Below are positions 32,026 through 43,300 of a DNA stretch of 64,000 nt, one piece after another (within the stretch, counting starts at the first letter, position 1; every line of letters starts with the position of its first letter). The stretch covers positions 62,001 to 126,000 of the forward strand of contig OZ025684.1 in assembly GCA_964019335.1 (NCBI GenBank), given 5' to 3'. Origin of the DNA: Diplonema japonicum. Its lineage: Eukaryota; Protista; Euglenozoa: Diplonemea. Below the pieces are notes generated by a model. The model worked only from the letters and a program-made list of their open reading frames with translations, did not search any database and was not told the origin of the DNA. Position numbers and translations under genes: made by a program.

Positions 32026-34098
32026 TTACCCCTTTTTTTCCCTTAACAACGCAGCTACGGTGCAGAACCCGTTCCCAGCTGCCACATCTGAGGGTCTTTT
32101 CATCGAGATGTTTCTGATGTTGGGGTCAGCCTTATGTTGGAGGAGGAGAGTCACGATGCCTGCATGCCCCTCGTGAGCAGCACGGTGGAGGGGTGTGCAG
32201 CCGTCGAAACAGCTTTTAATGTTGGGGTCGGCACCGTGGGTGAGGAGGGCAGACACTATGTCAGCGTCCCTGAGTGACGCTGCGAAGTGAAGCGGTGTGT
32301 TTTCTGTTGTAATTTTGTACAACGAGTTGTTTGTAACCCCTAGCCCTTAAGAAAGACGGGAGCAAAACTGCCCTGTCCAGGATGGGCTCCGGATCTTCGT
32401 GGAATCGTTATTTGCCAGGTGGAAAACAGAGTGCTTATCTTTTTTTTTTCAAATTTCAATTTCACAGCACTCCAAGGCGTAAATATTTGTCGCTAAAGGG
32501 TTTAAAAACGACTTTTTTCTCCAAGTACTTTTTCGTAGCACAACATACAAAAAGTGAGCGCTTTTCATGCTTCGCTGCATCACTTTACCTTGCTCCACCT
32601 ACCAAGTGGGTCCCAATCCGAGTAAACAGGCTAAAAACGCAAAAGTACAGCCAAAACAGCCACGGACCGGACGAGGTCCGACATTCTGTCTTGGGTAAAG
32701 GAGTTGGTACCCCTACCCATGAGGACTGGTACGTACGACGGCAGTTGAACGCAAACTCGCTCGAAGCTGTTTAACCGTATGCGGTCTCTCGGCTACCTAC
32801 CAGGTAGCTCGTGAGACCATACGCTAGGAGACACTTAGCGAAGCAAGCACCCTGAAGGAGTCGGACCCTTTAGACAGTGCACCCCCAGCCCAAATAAGTA
32901 CAACCCAAATAAGTGTATTCCAAATAATTCTTTTTTTTTGGAGCCCAAACACCCCCCTTCCACTGCCCAAATAAAGATAATTATTTCGGGTCCCTTTACT
33001 TTCTTTTTAAAGTTCTTTTTTTTTTTTAAAATCTTGCATGTCTCTCACACCAAAAACCAGACCTAGCAATAATGGTTGAGCATATAGCTGCCATGATTGG
33101 AAACAGCAAGCTCATTGACCAGTGCAGGGCCTGACAACATGTCGATGCGTGTGTTGTGTAAATAGCTATAAATCTATAAATAGCTTGAGTTGAGTGAGTG
33201 CCTTTTGTCCCAAGATGCTCAATCTACACCCCCGTGCACAACCCATTTTGGTCGTTTTTGAGCACCCTACCATTCAACCTTTCACCCCCTTTGTATTTTT
33301 ATTAGTTTCTGAACTTTCTTTTTAACTTTTCAGATTCAAAAAAACCCGTTTTACCTGCAAACGGGAGGGTCAACTACTGCCCTCTAATTGCCCGGAGTGT
33401 TATGGGTTTAATATTCTACTTTTGTAAAAAAAGTATTTTCTTCTTCTTTTTCTTTCTTCTGATGGTTTTTCTTTCCGGTCGTTTTAGGAGGTTAAAAAAA
33501 AAAGAGAAGAAAGAATAGAATACACACCACACTCGTCCTTTTTGTTAGGGCATGCTCCATTCTCTAATAACAGGGAAACTATACCGTTGCACTGGCTCAG
33601 TGTTGCACAATGAAGGGGTGAGCAGCCATCACGGTTCGTGACGTTGATGTCTACATCAAAGCAGGTCAAGAGCGTGGAAACCGTTTCTTTCAAACAAAGT
33701 ACAGAAGCGTTCAGCAATACAGCTTGTGGGTCTACCTCGTGGCCTAGTCCAGCCTCCATCATCAGCCGCAGAACGTCACTGCACACAGGGTCATTTCTGC
33801 ACTGTATCAACTGGTGTAGCTCCTGCTTTCCTATGTAACCCATCGACTTAAGCTTTAATCGTGCTTCTTGACGTCTGTCGTACTCCACCGTCACTTCGCT
33901 GCCGTCTTGAAACGGTGCGTCCGCTACCCTCATGCCCTCTTCCAGCTCTACCCCATCGAATCTCAATACAAATCTGCTTGCCTCGAGCATTGCCGCTCGA
34001 GCAATCTCCTCTTTCAAAACCTTTATCTGCCCACTTGCCGCGGGCTCAACGCTCAAAGTTGCACCACATGGGAGCACCACATGTAGCAGAACCGACAT
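32026..34098 (-). CDS. Ubiquitin-like + ankyrin-repeat protein; exons 34098-33528 and 32303-32026
   Basis: A GT-AG intron at 33527-32304 (GTGTGT...ACAG) joins NKKDEC-E-NTPLHFAA, restoring a proper ankyrin repeat. Confidence 0.85.
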
Positions 34099-34201
34099 TG
34101 ATTCCTATTTGATAGATACAGCCTACATGAAGGATACCTAGCCTTTTGTTGAAATAACATACTTAAAAAAAAGAAGAAAAGGAAAAAAAAACCGAGCACG
34201 T

Positions 34202-34333
34202 TTAGCCCTTCTGCAGTCAGGAGGGTGATTGACCTTTCTGGATTACATAATAGCTCGGATGGGAGAAAACCATTCCAAAAAAAAGAAAAAGGAAATCCAG
34301 TGTTGCAATCACAGAAGGCTGCATAGGGGTTAA
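34202..34333. mobile_element. Possible decayed piggyBac-type MITE
   Basis: TTAGCCCTTCTGCAGTC vs GGCTGCATAGGGGTTAA, 13/17 inverted match including TTAA-like ends. Confidence 0.4.
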
Positions 34334-34597
34334 CGGATAAAAAAGAGCATGCAAATGAATTAGGCTCTATTTCTGAGTGGGAGCTGCAAAAAGAATAGTT
34401 GGCTCTTGGGGGTTATGAGCTTGGCCAGAAGTCTGCTTTCTTAAGGTACCAGAATACTGGTAGTCAGGTGGGAGGAGGGAGGGAAAAATACGTTCCAAAT
34501 TATCCCCCTTTTTTTTTGCCGGTCCTTCGTTGTGGTCAAAAAAGAAACTACCCCGAATCGCCTTCTTTTTTTTTCTTTTGCTGCAAAATCTTTATTT

Positions 34598-37500
34598 TCA
34601 AAATAGCTTACCGTGACACGCGTTCTGCATGCCGTAGTGGGGGTGGGCGTCCGACCCGCAATCTTTGTCACAGAGCCAGCACCAGCCGCAGCCACATCGG
34701 CACTTTATGGCGTTGCAGCCACCTGTCTTTTCTGTTGGGGTCTTGCACCTAGGGCACCGTTTCATGCCAGCGATAGCGTTTTCATTTTCACGATTGTCCG
34801 CATTACGCTGTCTGTGTCTGTCGCAGCTTAGCTTCATGTCGGTGTGCTTGTCGTCGTCACACCCTGTGCAGGTACGTGTCCCGCATTCCACGCACGTGAA
34901 AAATGACGGTTTTTCTTCAGGTGTTCTTGGTACGGCACCCCCGCAGTCCGGTGCGCGACATTCCTTGATAATGTCTGGGTGCTGCTGAACGTATAGCTCC
35001 ACCGCAGCCTTCTTCAAACTTGCCTGCTCTGCTCCAGTTTGCATTAGCACGCTACTTACCTGCTTTACGGAAAGCACTGCATTGCAAGCCGGGCATTTGA
35101 TAGGAAACTGCGCTCGCTCTCTATCATTCAAGCTCCGCACCCAGTCCTGCGCGCAGTCTTTATGCAGTTTGTGGCCTTCGCTACAGTGCGTGTGCACGAC
35201 CTCACCTTCTTCTTCTTCTTCAAACCCGTCTTGGCACGACGCGCACTGAACCGCGTTGCTATCACCACCAGCGGTATTCGCACACTCTTGGATTATTTGC
35301 CGAACCTGCTGGCTGCTGCCCTTCGCTGTCACCTCGAGCTTGCCGTGATTTTCCTTCACTTCGCACTCGCACGGGGTGCGCTTAGCAATCTCTTAAGCCT
35401 TGGCTTGCTTCCTGCAGCTCACTCAAATTCATATTTATGTACCCCTCCAACCTTACCAACTTGTCATAAGGTATCGGGACCGCCACGCTGAGCCGACTGG
35501 ATGCAACAGCAGAGCAGTATCCCACGTTAGGGTTGAAGTCCAGTGCATTCAAATCGTGCTGCAGCCTCTCGGCTTCTACAGGGTCTTCCATCTCCATGCT
35601 GTAGCAGAACCAAGCAAGCTCGTGTTGGGGCTTCAACATCCCTGTGAGCTGCCCATGTGCAAGTTGAGAAACAATTAAGGACAAGTTCCCTGCAGCGAAG
35701 CTGGGGTCGTAATCGGGGTCAACTTCCTCAAAGACATGTTGCACGCTTGCCTTTCCCTGAAAGCACTCTTGCTCGATGAAGGTCTCGTGGCACACATCGC
35801 CCTCGCCAGCCACGAACAGCAGCCTGCCAAGGCCCCAGGCTTCTTCGACGATGTGGCACGCGAAGTCTTCCCGCATTGCGCCTGACTTCAACTGCACCAC
35901 TGTTTCAAGAGGCTGTGTAGGGTAGAAAAACACGTCAAGTGTGCATATTGGCGGATCGCACCCAGGCGCCTTCCTCGTCTGTAACTTGTTGTGTCCTTGC
36001 CACGAGGACATCACACCGTCTACTTCTTTTTTATGGAACTCATCTGCTGCTTCGGTGCTACAGAAGCTGACCTTTCCGTGCAACTCGCCTGTGGTTGCGT
36101 TCTTGTTCATCTTGACTCCCACAACACCTTCCTGTTCGGCCAGAAAGGTGTACAGATGCCACGCAGTGTCCGAGTTACAAACGCTGTCTTCTTTTCTTCG
36201 CAAGACGGGCGGCTGGGCCTGTGCGATTATGTAAATGGTTTTGTTGTCCCGGGTTGTGGGCTCCCCCACTAGAAAGGTTGTTCCCGCTGGAAGGTACAAA
36301 TTGTCATTTTCATAGATGCCAAACGAAAGGTCGCTGTAATCCCCTGTGTACATTAAAACGGTGGTGCACTCGAAGCAGTTTGTAGTCAACCTCACGAACT
36401 TATCCAACGTGATCCTGCCGTTTCTGCGCTCAAGTGTCTCTTCCAGGCAGATGTATGCCTCTTTTACAGCGAGCTGAGAAGATGTCGGCTCAGTCTTAAA
36501 CGGAGGCCTTACCAGCACACACTGCGCTGCTGACATCACCGTTAAGCAAGCTGCCTCTGATGTAACCTTTTGATTGCTGAATTCCTGCCGTGGCCTGATA
36601 TGGAACTCACTCATTTCTTTCAAGTACATGAAACAAGCTGTGCGCAAGGCTACCAGACCGGACACCCTGTAAGCGGTCTCTGCTTCTTCTACCTTCTGCT
36701 TGTACTCATTCCCTATCAACTTGCACAGCGCCCTTCGGATCTTTTCGACGTTGCACTCAATATGCAGCTTAGCGGCCAATGAATTGTCTTGCTTGTCCAT
36801 CAAACCGAACGACACGCTGAGCGTTTCGTCCTTGTCCCAAAGCACCCTTTCCACGGCATACCCGTCGCCGATCACCATCCTGACACTGTTGTTCTCGTGA
36901 AAAGCACACTCTAGCTTGCTGCGTTCTAAGAAGTTCGAGGCGTGGCCTTTGACCATTTCCCACGTGAGCTTCATGTGGCGCAGCTTGTCTTCTGGGGCAT
37001 AAAGGGTTACTGTACATGCTTGTGCGTCTATAGCCACGTCACCGAATTCTTCGAGTTGTCCCAGCCACCCGCAGACCCCTGTACTCATCCTTTGCAGTGT
37101 TATGAACAGCAGTTCAGACGCAACGTGGTCGCAGTGTAACTGAATTAGTGACTCACGAGCTTCCGCGTGCTGTCTCTGCACAGCATAGGGGAGAGATGCC
37201 AGAACCTCGTCACTAACACGGACAAGCATCATCGGCTTTCCTTCCACCAGATCTAAGCATAATAATGTGTCACCCGCCCTTGCTTCCATGGAAGTCTCTT
37301 CGGGGACAGGTGCAACTACCGCCCTTGGGTAGTTATACAAATTGTTGCTGGCGACATGAGTAAGCGTCTCTGGAAAGACGCGTACCAAGTTGAAGATTAC
37401 ATGTTCAGTGCATTCGTTCGTTTCTTCGTACTCGTTTGTGAGTGCCTTTGGAGGCACCTCCACCCCATCAGCAAGTTTGTCGTAGCTGTATGCTTGTATG

Positions 37501-40500
37501 ACACGGTCGAGATCGCCAAGAGACGCATATTCTGAAGGTTCGTATTCGAAGTCTTTACAGGGGGCGTGGAAGCCAAGCTTCCAAGCGACAAGGACGACCT
37601 TCGCAAGGCGCATGCAGTGTGCCTTCCCGCAAAGAAGGAGAAATAGAGCTTCCTTAATGCTTAGCTTGCAGTCGTCATTTGCATTCTGAATCTCCAAGGC
37701 CTCCTTCGCAACGTCGGTGATGCGGGTTGCGCCATATTCAGATTGCAAAAGCTCCAAATCCAGAAGTTTGTCGGTGGTTGCCTGCAGGACATTGTCCGAA
37801 GGCCTCGATACAAAGTCGATGTGCTGCAGAGACACACAGCCAAGCGATGCATTCACACGCAGCAGGGAGTCAGTGGGATCCGTTCTCAGTATTTCCGGAG
37901 TGCAGTGCTCCTGCAGCCCGTTGTACGTGTCGTGCGAGTATAGTCGGTGGCACACCCCAGGACAGGTCCGTCCAGCCCTCCCAGCACGTTGCTTCGCACT
38001 GCCTTGTGATATGAATCCTATATGCCATTCTGTCTTTTGTTTTTTTTTCATGTACGACGCAGCCGCCACTAGCCCTGTGTCTATGACTGCAATAACGCCT
38101 TCTATGGTGAGCGATGTTTCCGCGATGCCTGTGGCAAGAATCACTTTAATCTTGTCGCATTGTCTGAAGACCCGCTGCTTCTGGTCTTCACGCATGGTCT
38201 CGCATAATGCGAACACCTCTGTCTTGTCCTTCAAAACGCCCCGCTCAAGCTTCTCTTTGACCTCGAACACATCACGGCTTGTTGGAAGGAAAACCAGAAG
38301 GTCACGCTGTTTCATGCGATGGCACACTGCAGGGTCCGGAACATCCCGAAGCACAGATTCAACTTTATCGAACGCTAGACGCTGGTAGACCTGGAGGTAG
38401 TTATCCGGTTCTGGGACAAGAGGGTAGCGCACATCAACAGGATGCACGCGTCCCGTCACGCTCATTGTCTCTGTGCGGTATTCGGACGACCAGAAGTAGT
38501 CTTGAAAGCTCTCAACGTCCATTGTGGCTGATGAGAGTACCACGTACAGCCTTTTGCTTGTTTTTGACCCTGCTTCCAGTTCCTTTTTCAAAAGCGGCAA
38601 GAGGCAGTCTGTTGCCACAGATCGTTCGTGTAATTCGTCCACGACGATCGCTGTAGGAAGATGGTTTCCCCCAGACAGGTGTTGCAGATATTCACGGTCG
38701 GTCCAGAAACTGCTGCTGAACACATGTGTGGCCTTCGCGTAGCCCATCTCTTTTTCCACTCTTTGTTGTAGAGTCTTCAGTGAGAAGCAGTTCGGTTGCG
38801 TGCAGACCACGTCCTTCACTCCCAGTTCTTCTACGAGATATTGGAACATCTGCGTAGACTTTCCTGACCCCGGCGAAGCATCTAGAATGATCACCCCGCG
38901 TTTGTTCTCTTTGATGAAGGACACCACACGGTTACGCTCGGCAAGGATCGGAAGCTTCGCTTTCATCCTCCCCAGCTCCCTTACGAACACCCTCATGTCC
39001 CGCAGGCCGAAAGGTATGCCCCATGTTCTTTTCGTTGACACCACATCAATACGTGAAGCGAAGTCCTTTTGCTGCTTCGCGTAGTTTGATAGCTTCCCCT
39101 CGAGAGTCACCGCCTCTTCCACATCATTCATCACTCTTGCCCGATGCACGTCTTCCTCTAGTTTGCACATAGCGATGTTGTGTTCTGCCATCACATCCTT
39201 TGCCTGTTTTAAGAGGTCCGGCAGCCGTCTCTCGATGGCTCTCTGTACTTCAGCCCACTCCCAGTACCTCTCCTCTCCGAAAATCCCCTCTGACATGCTG
39301 CAACACCACTCCATCTCCGCCATCTTGACGTCGTTGTCAGTGAGGCAGTGCTTCGACGTGCAATGTTCACCCCTTGGACATGGAGGCCGGTCGTTGATCT
39401 CGGACTCTTTAAAAGATTCACAGATCTTCTGCGACATCAGAGTGGCCTTGAGCAAATCTGGCATCATTTGCAGATTGGTAAGTTGGAAAGACCGCACCCC
39501 ATGCATACACAACAAGCCCATGGCTATTAACAAATAACGAGCATCCTTGCAAAGCATCTCGGTAAGGTGCAAACGGCCGTCGGTAAGCGTGCAATGAGCC
39601 AGAGCACTATCCGCAAATGGGTCATCTATCTGAATTTTAAGAACAGCCGAACTGCGGGGGACAACATGCACCATTCTGTTGCTCCCGTTATTTCTACCCG
39701 ACAGGCAGAGACTGAAGTCCCCTCTCTGCCTCACCTGATCAATGATGTGCTGAGTTACCTGCACAAAGAGTTTGTTATCCTTCTTGAAGGCATTGCTGTC
39801 CAGTATTGTAAAGTTGTTCAGCTCTCTGCCAAGTAAATTGATGGCTTCAGAAGTCGAGAACGGGTACTCAGAACACAGTTCAAGCATCGCAGGAACCTGC
39901 ACCGTCGGTGTCATGATGCTCATTTTCAACACGTTGTGCATGGCAAAAGGGGACCTCTGCTGGTCGAACTTCACACTCCCCGAGAAGTCATGGTTGTCAG
40001 TGAATCCCGCGATGTCCCCGCACCTAATGGTCAGGTAGGGCTTCAACACCGCTTCAAAAAAGTCTGCGAAGCTACTGTAGTCACAGTGCTGCAAAGAGAC
40101 AGTGGCTGAGAACTCCGTGGGTTGGGGAATCACTTCACAGGCCGAAACTACGTCATTCCCATCGCGTGGTACGAGAGAGACCTGTAGCGCTTCGCCACTT
40201 CCCATCACGCTTGCAACCATGTACGAGTGGCTGTTCCTCCCCACTAGTGTTCCGACGTATGCAGCCTGCACTTCCCCGTATGTCATATCGTGCAGCAGGT
40301 ATTGATCCATTATGCTCAGAGGTCGGGTGATGTTCTGGGGTTCCGCATTTCCTGTAGTTCGCTTCGTGCAGCACGCGCTGCACATGTCAGCGTCGGTTCT
40401 GTTGCGCATGGTGCACGTGCTGCATACCCACGCGCGTGCGGTTGACCTTACACTGTCTGTGTGTGTCTCATTGTGCATAAGCGAGACTTCTTGGTGCACA

Positions 40501-40922
40501 GGTACGGGCGGTGGAGCGGAAGGTCGTAGGGTAGTACAAATGGCGCATGCAGTTGCTGTAATGTCGTTGGCAAGGGTGCAGCTGCTGCAAATCCATTCCC
40601 CGCTAGAAGCTGAGGTCTTTGCAGGGCAGACATCCTGCGGGGTGTTGGGTGCTTCAGTCCGTTGTTGCCCACATGTAGTGCACGCTAGCACAAGGTCTTC
40701 ATTTAAAGCGGTACACGCATCACATATCCACTGCGCTGGAGCGTCTGAGCTGGACGGACCGGCAGGCACACCACATGCCATGCAGCACAAGGAGTCGGCG
40801 CTGTTCTGCAGTGTACATACATTGCAGACCCAACCGCTGCTTTCCTGCTGCCTTTCTGTGCCACACACGTTGCATGTCACACCACCTTCGTTGACAAGCG
40901 TGCAGACATTGCAGGTCCACAT
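34598..40922 (-). CDS. Multidomain protein: 5 RanBP2 zinc fingers, DEAH-box RNA helicase, C-terminal RBR E3 ligase (frame break at ~35395)
   Basis: WxCxxCTxxN x5; SPGSGKST, DELHER, SAT, IAETSLTIEG, QRAGRAGR; RING1-IBR-RING2 (KRCPRC..EKTGGCNAIKC.CG..WCWLC) in ORF 34598-35359. Confidence 0.85.
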
Positions 40923-41487
40923 GATTTGCTCCTGCTGTGGGGGAGGGTTTGCCACCGGGCACACAAAGCAGCGAAATGAAGAAAAAAAAGGAATTTTGCT
41001 TTTCTTTCTCTTTTTTTTTTTTGCTAGAAGAATACTTTGTTGAAAAAGTCTTGTGAAGGGCTACAGAAGATGCACCAGAAAAAGAAAAAAAATGTGTATA
41101 AAAAAGAAATCAAAATAAAAAATCAACAGAAAACTTATACTAAGAAGATCCTTCTTCCCTCCACTGCTGATGTTAGCCACAACGAAAAGTGCTCTTCGAT
41201 GCACGATTCAAGATTCGGATCAAAAACATGGCTTGCTTTATAAAAGAAAAGATGAAGTACAAATGAATCATAGAAACCTAGGTCGTTAGGCTGTGGCATA
41301 TCAGAAAAAAAAGAGACAAAATACTGGTTCTGGGGTTTCCCAAGTCCCAGTAGGTCTACGGTGCCGTAGATGGTGCGTGCTGGGTAAAACCTGGAGAGGG
41401 CTTGTAACCCATAAACACATTGCCACTGTTCCCCATTGTTTAGACAAGTCAGCGAACCTACGGAGCTTGTTTTGCGCACAAATAGCA

Positions 41488-41518
<31 letters not shown>

Positions 41519-42716
41519 AGTCATTTTAAATAAAAAGGGGTTTTTACGTCGCAAAAAAGGGGGGGGAGGAAAAAAAAAATAGGAAGCGAAAAAAAAAAAA
41601 GAAATACTGTAAAAAAAAAAAAAATCTTTTTTTCACCGGACGCTACCGCCTCTCAATTAGTCATTCGCAGATATTATATTTTTCTTTTTACCGGATATTT
41701 TTCTTCTTTTTTTTTTTCCCGGGGGAAGTGTTATCCCGGTGATTCGACTTTTCTCGGTTCACAGTATTGTCTTTTTTTTTTTCTCTTCTTGCTAATCCGC
41801 ACCCAGAGGGTGCAGGGTGTATTATAGAAGGGGGTGTGTGTATAAACCCCTGTCTGGGGATGTATAATATAGATAGAGAGAGACGTGGAACTTGCACCTT
41901 TGAATCACCTCCTTAAAAAAAAGGGGTCAGTCTTTCATAAAAAAGAAACCTGGTGCATTTTTGCGGTGCGCTGGTGCCCACCGTAAAAAGAAATTAGGGG
42001 GAAGGGGAAGTTGTATCGCGGAAAGAAGGCAATTATGCCCCTGTGCGTGACGTATTTAAGAAGAGTTGGGGGGGGGGAAGAAAAAGCGCTAAAACTACGA
42101 TGCTGTACAGAAATAAAGGTATTACGAAATGTCTCGTGTTCTTACAAAAATAAAAAGAAAATAAAAGTAGGCCTCAATTAGGCCTGTCATCGCACAAAAG
42201 AAACATAATCTTTGAAATTTGCTGTGTGTACGGAAAAAAAAGGGAGGGGGGGGAATAACCTAAAGTCCAAATAAGCTTGTGATGATATGCAGTGAGTTAT
42301 TGCAGCTGACAAGGATCTCACATCTTCTCATTTTCTTTCTCTCTCTTTTTTTTTTTCTTTCAGTGCTTTTTTCTTCCAGGCAGGAATATCTTTTCTTTTT
42401 TGGAGGCTCCTCGATCTTTCGATGAATCAATCCTCTAGCGCATCTCGGCGACGCGGTGCGGCAGGAAGTCTCGCATCGCAACACCCCCCCAGCCCCCTGG
42501 AAAAAAAAACACTGTTATTCTTGTGCAAACAAAGCATATGCTTCATATAAAAAAAAATAGGCTGATTGCTTGTGCTTGTGCAAACCGAGGCGCAGTTGAT
42601 ATCCACCAGTTGCTCCCTCGAGGGTACAAGAGAGACGTCAATTCAGAAGTGATCAGTGATGCAAGCCCTTCCACCTAAGTACTGTTCCGGCAACAAGAAA
42701 AGAAAAAAGAATATAT

Positions 42717-43012
42717 GAGTTAAAGGAGGCCGGTGTTGGCGGCGCCCTGCACAAGAACTGTCTACTTGATTACAGGGGGCGCACCGCGGCCGAGTTGTAG
42801 CTGCTTCTGCGTTCCGCGTCGTGTCCTTAATGCGTGCGGTGTACAGCTCAACCGGGGAGTCCCGGGTAGCCAAGATTCTGCGCTCGTGCAGTTTGCTGCC
42901 TGTTTCGTCACCCTGCTTTATGATCTTCCACTCGGGTGATGACCGACGAGGAGGTCAACAGCGAACAACACATCTGATGTTTTTCTTATATTTTCATGTT
43001 ATCCCCACCACC
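42717..43012 (-). mobile_element. SINE-like retroposon copy 2 (ribozyme damaged)
   Basis: Homologous to copy 1; ends CCTCCTTTAACTC+ATATAT. The GGUAGCGCC segment (P1.1 GG and P4 base) is deleted. Confidence 0.9.
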
Positions 43013-43300
43013 TTGAAAAAAAAGAAACTATGTTGTAAAGTGAAATATTGCGGTAAGAGAAGGTTTCTTTTTTTTTCTTTTTCTTTTTCTCTTCCTTCTT
43101 TCTTTCTTTCTCGAAGGGAGGAAAATGCTTCGAGAAGAACCGCGAAGAAAAAGAAAAGGAAAAAAGAGAGAGAGAGAGAAAAAAAACAAAACATAACAAA
43201 AAAAGCCCGGAAGGGGGGAGGGTCGCATTGCAATGTGAAAAGGGGAGGGTGTGGTGGGGTGTTGAGAAATTTCATATCGTCTTTTTCATTTCCTTCAGTT

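Noticed and set aside
32334-33411. Complete piggyBac MITE filling the intron
   Set aside because: The ends look piggyBac-like individually but are not convincing inverted repeats of each other.
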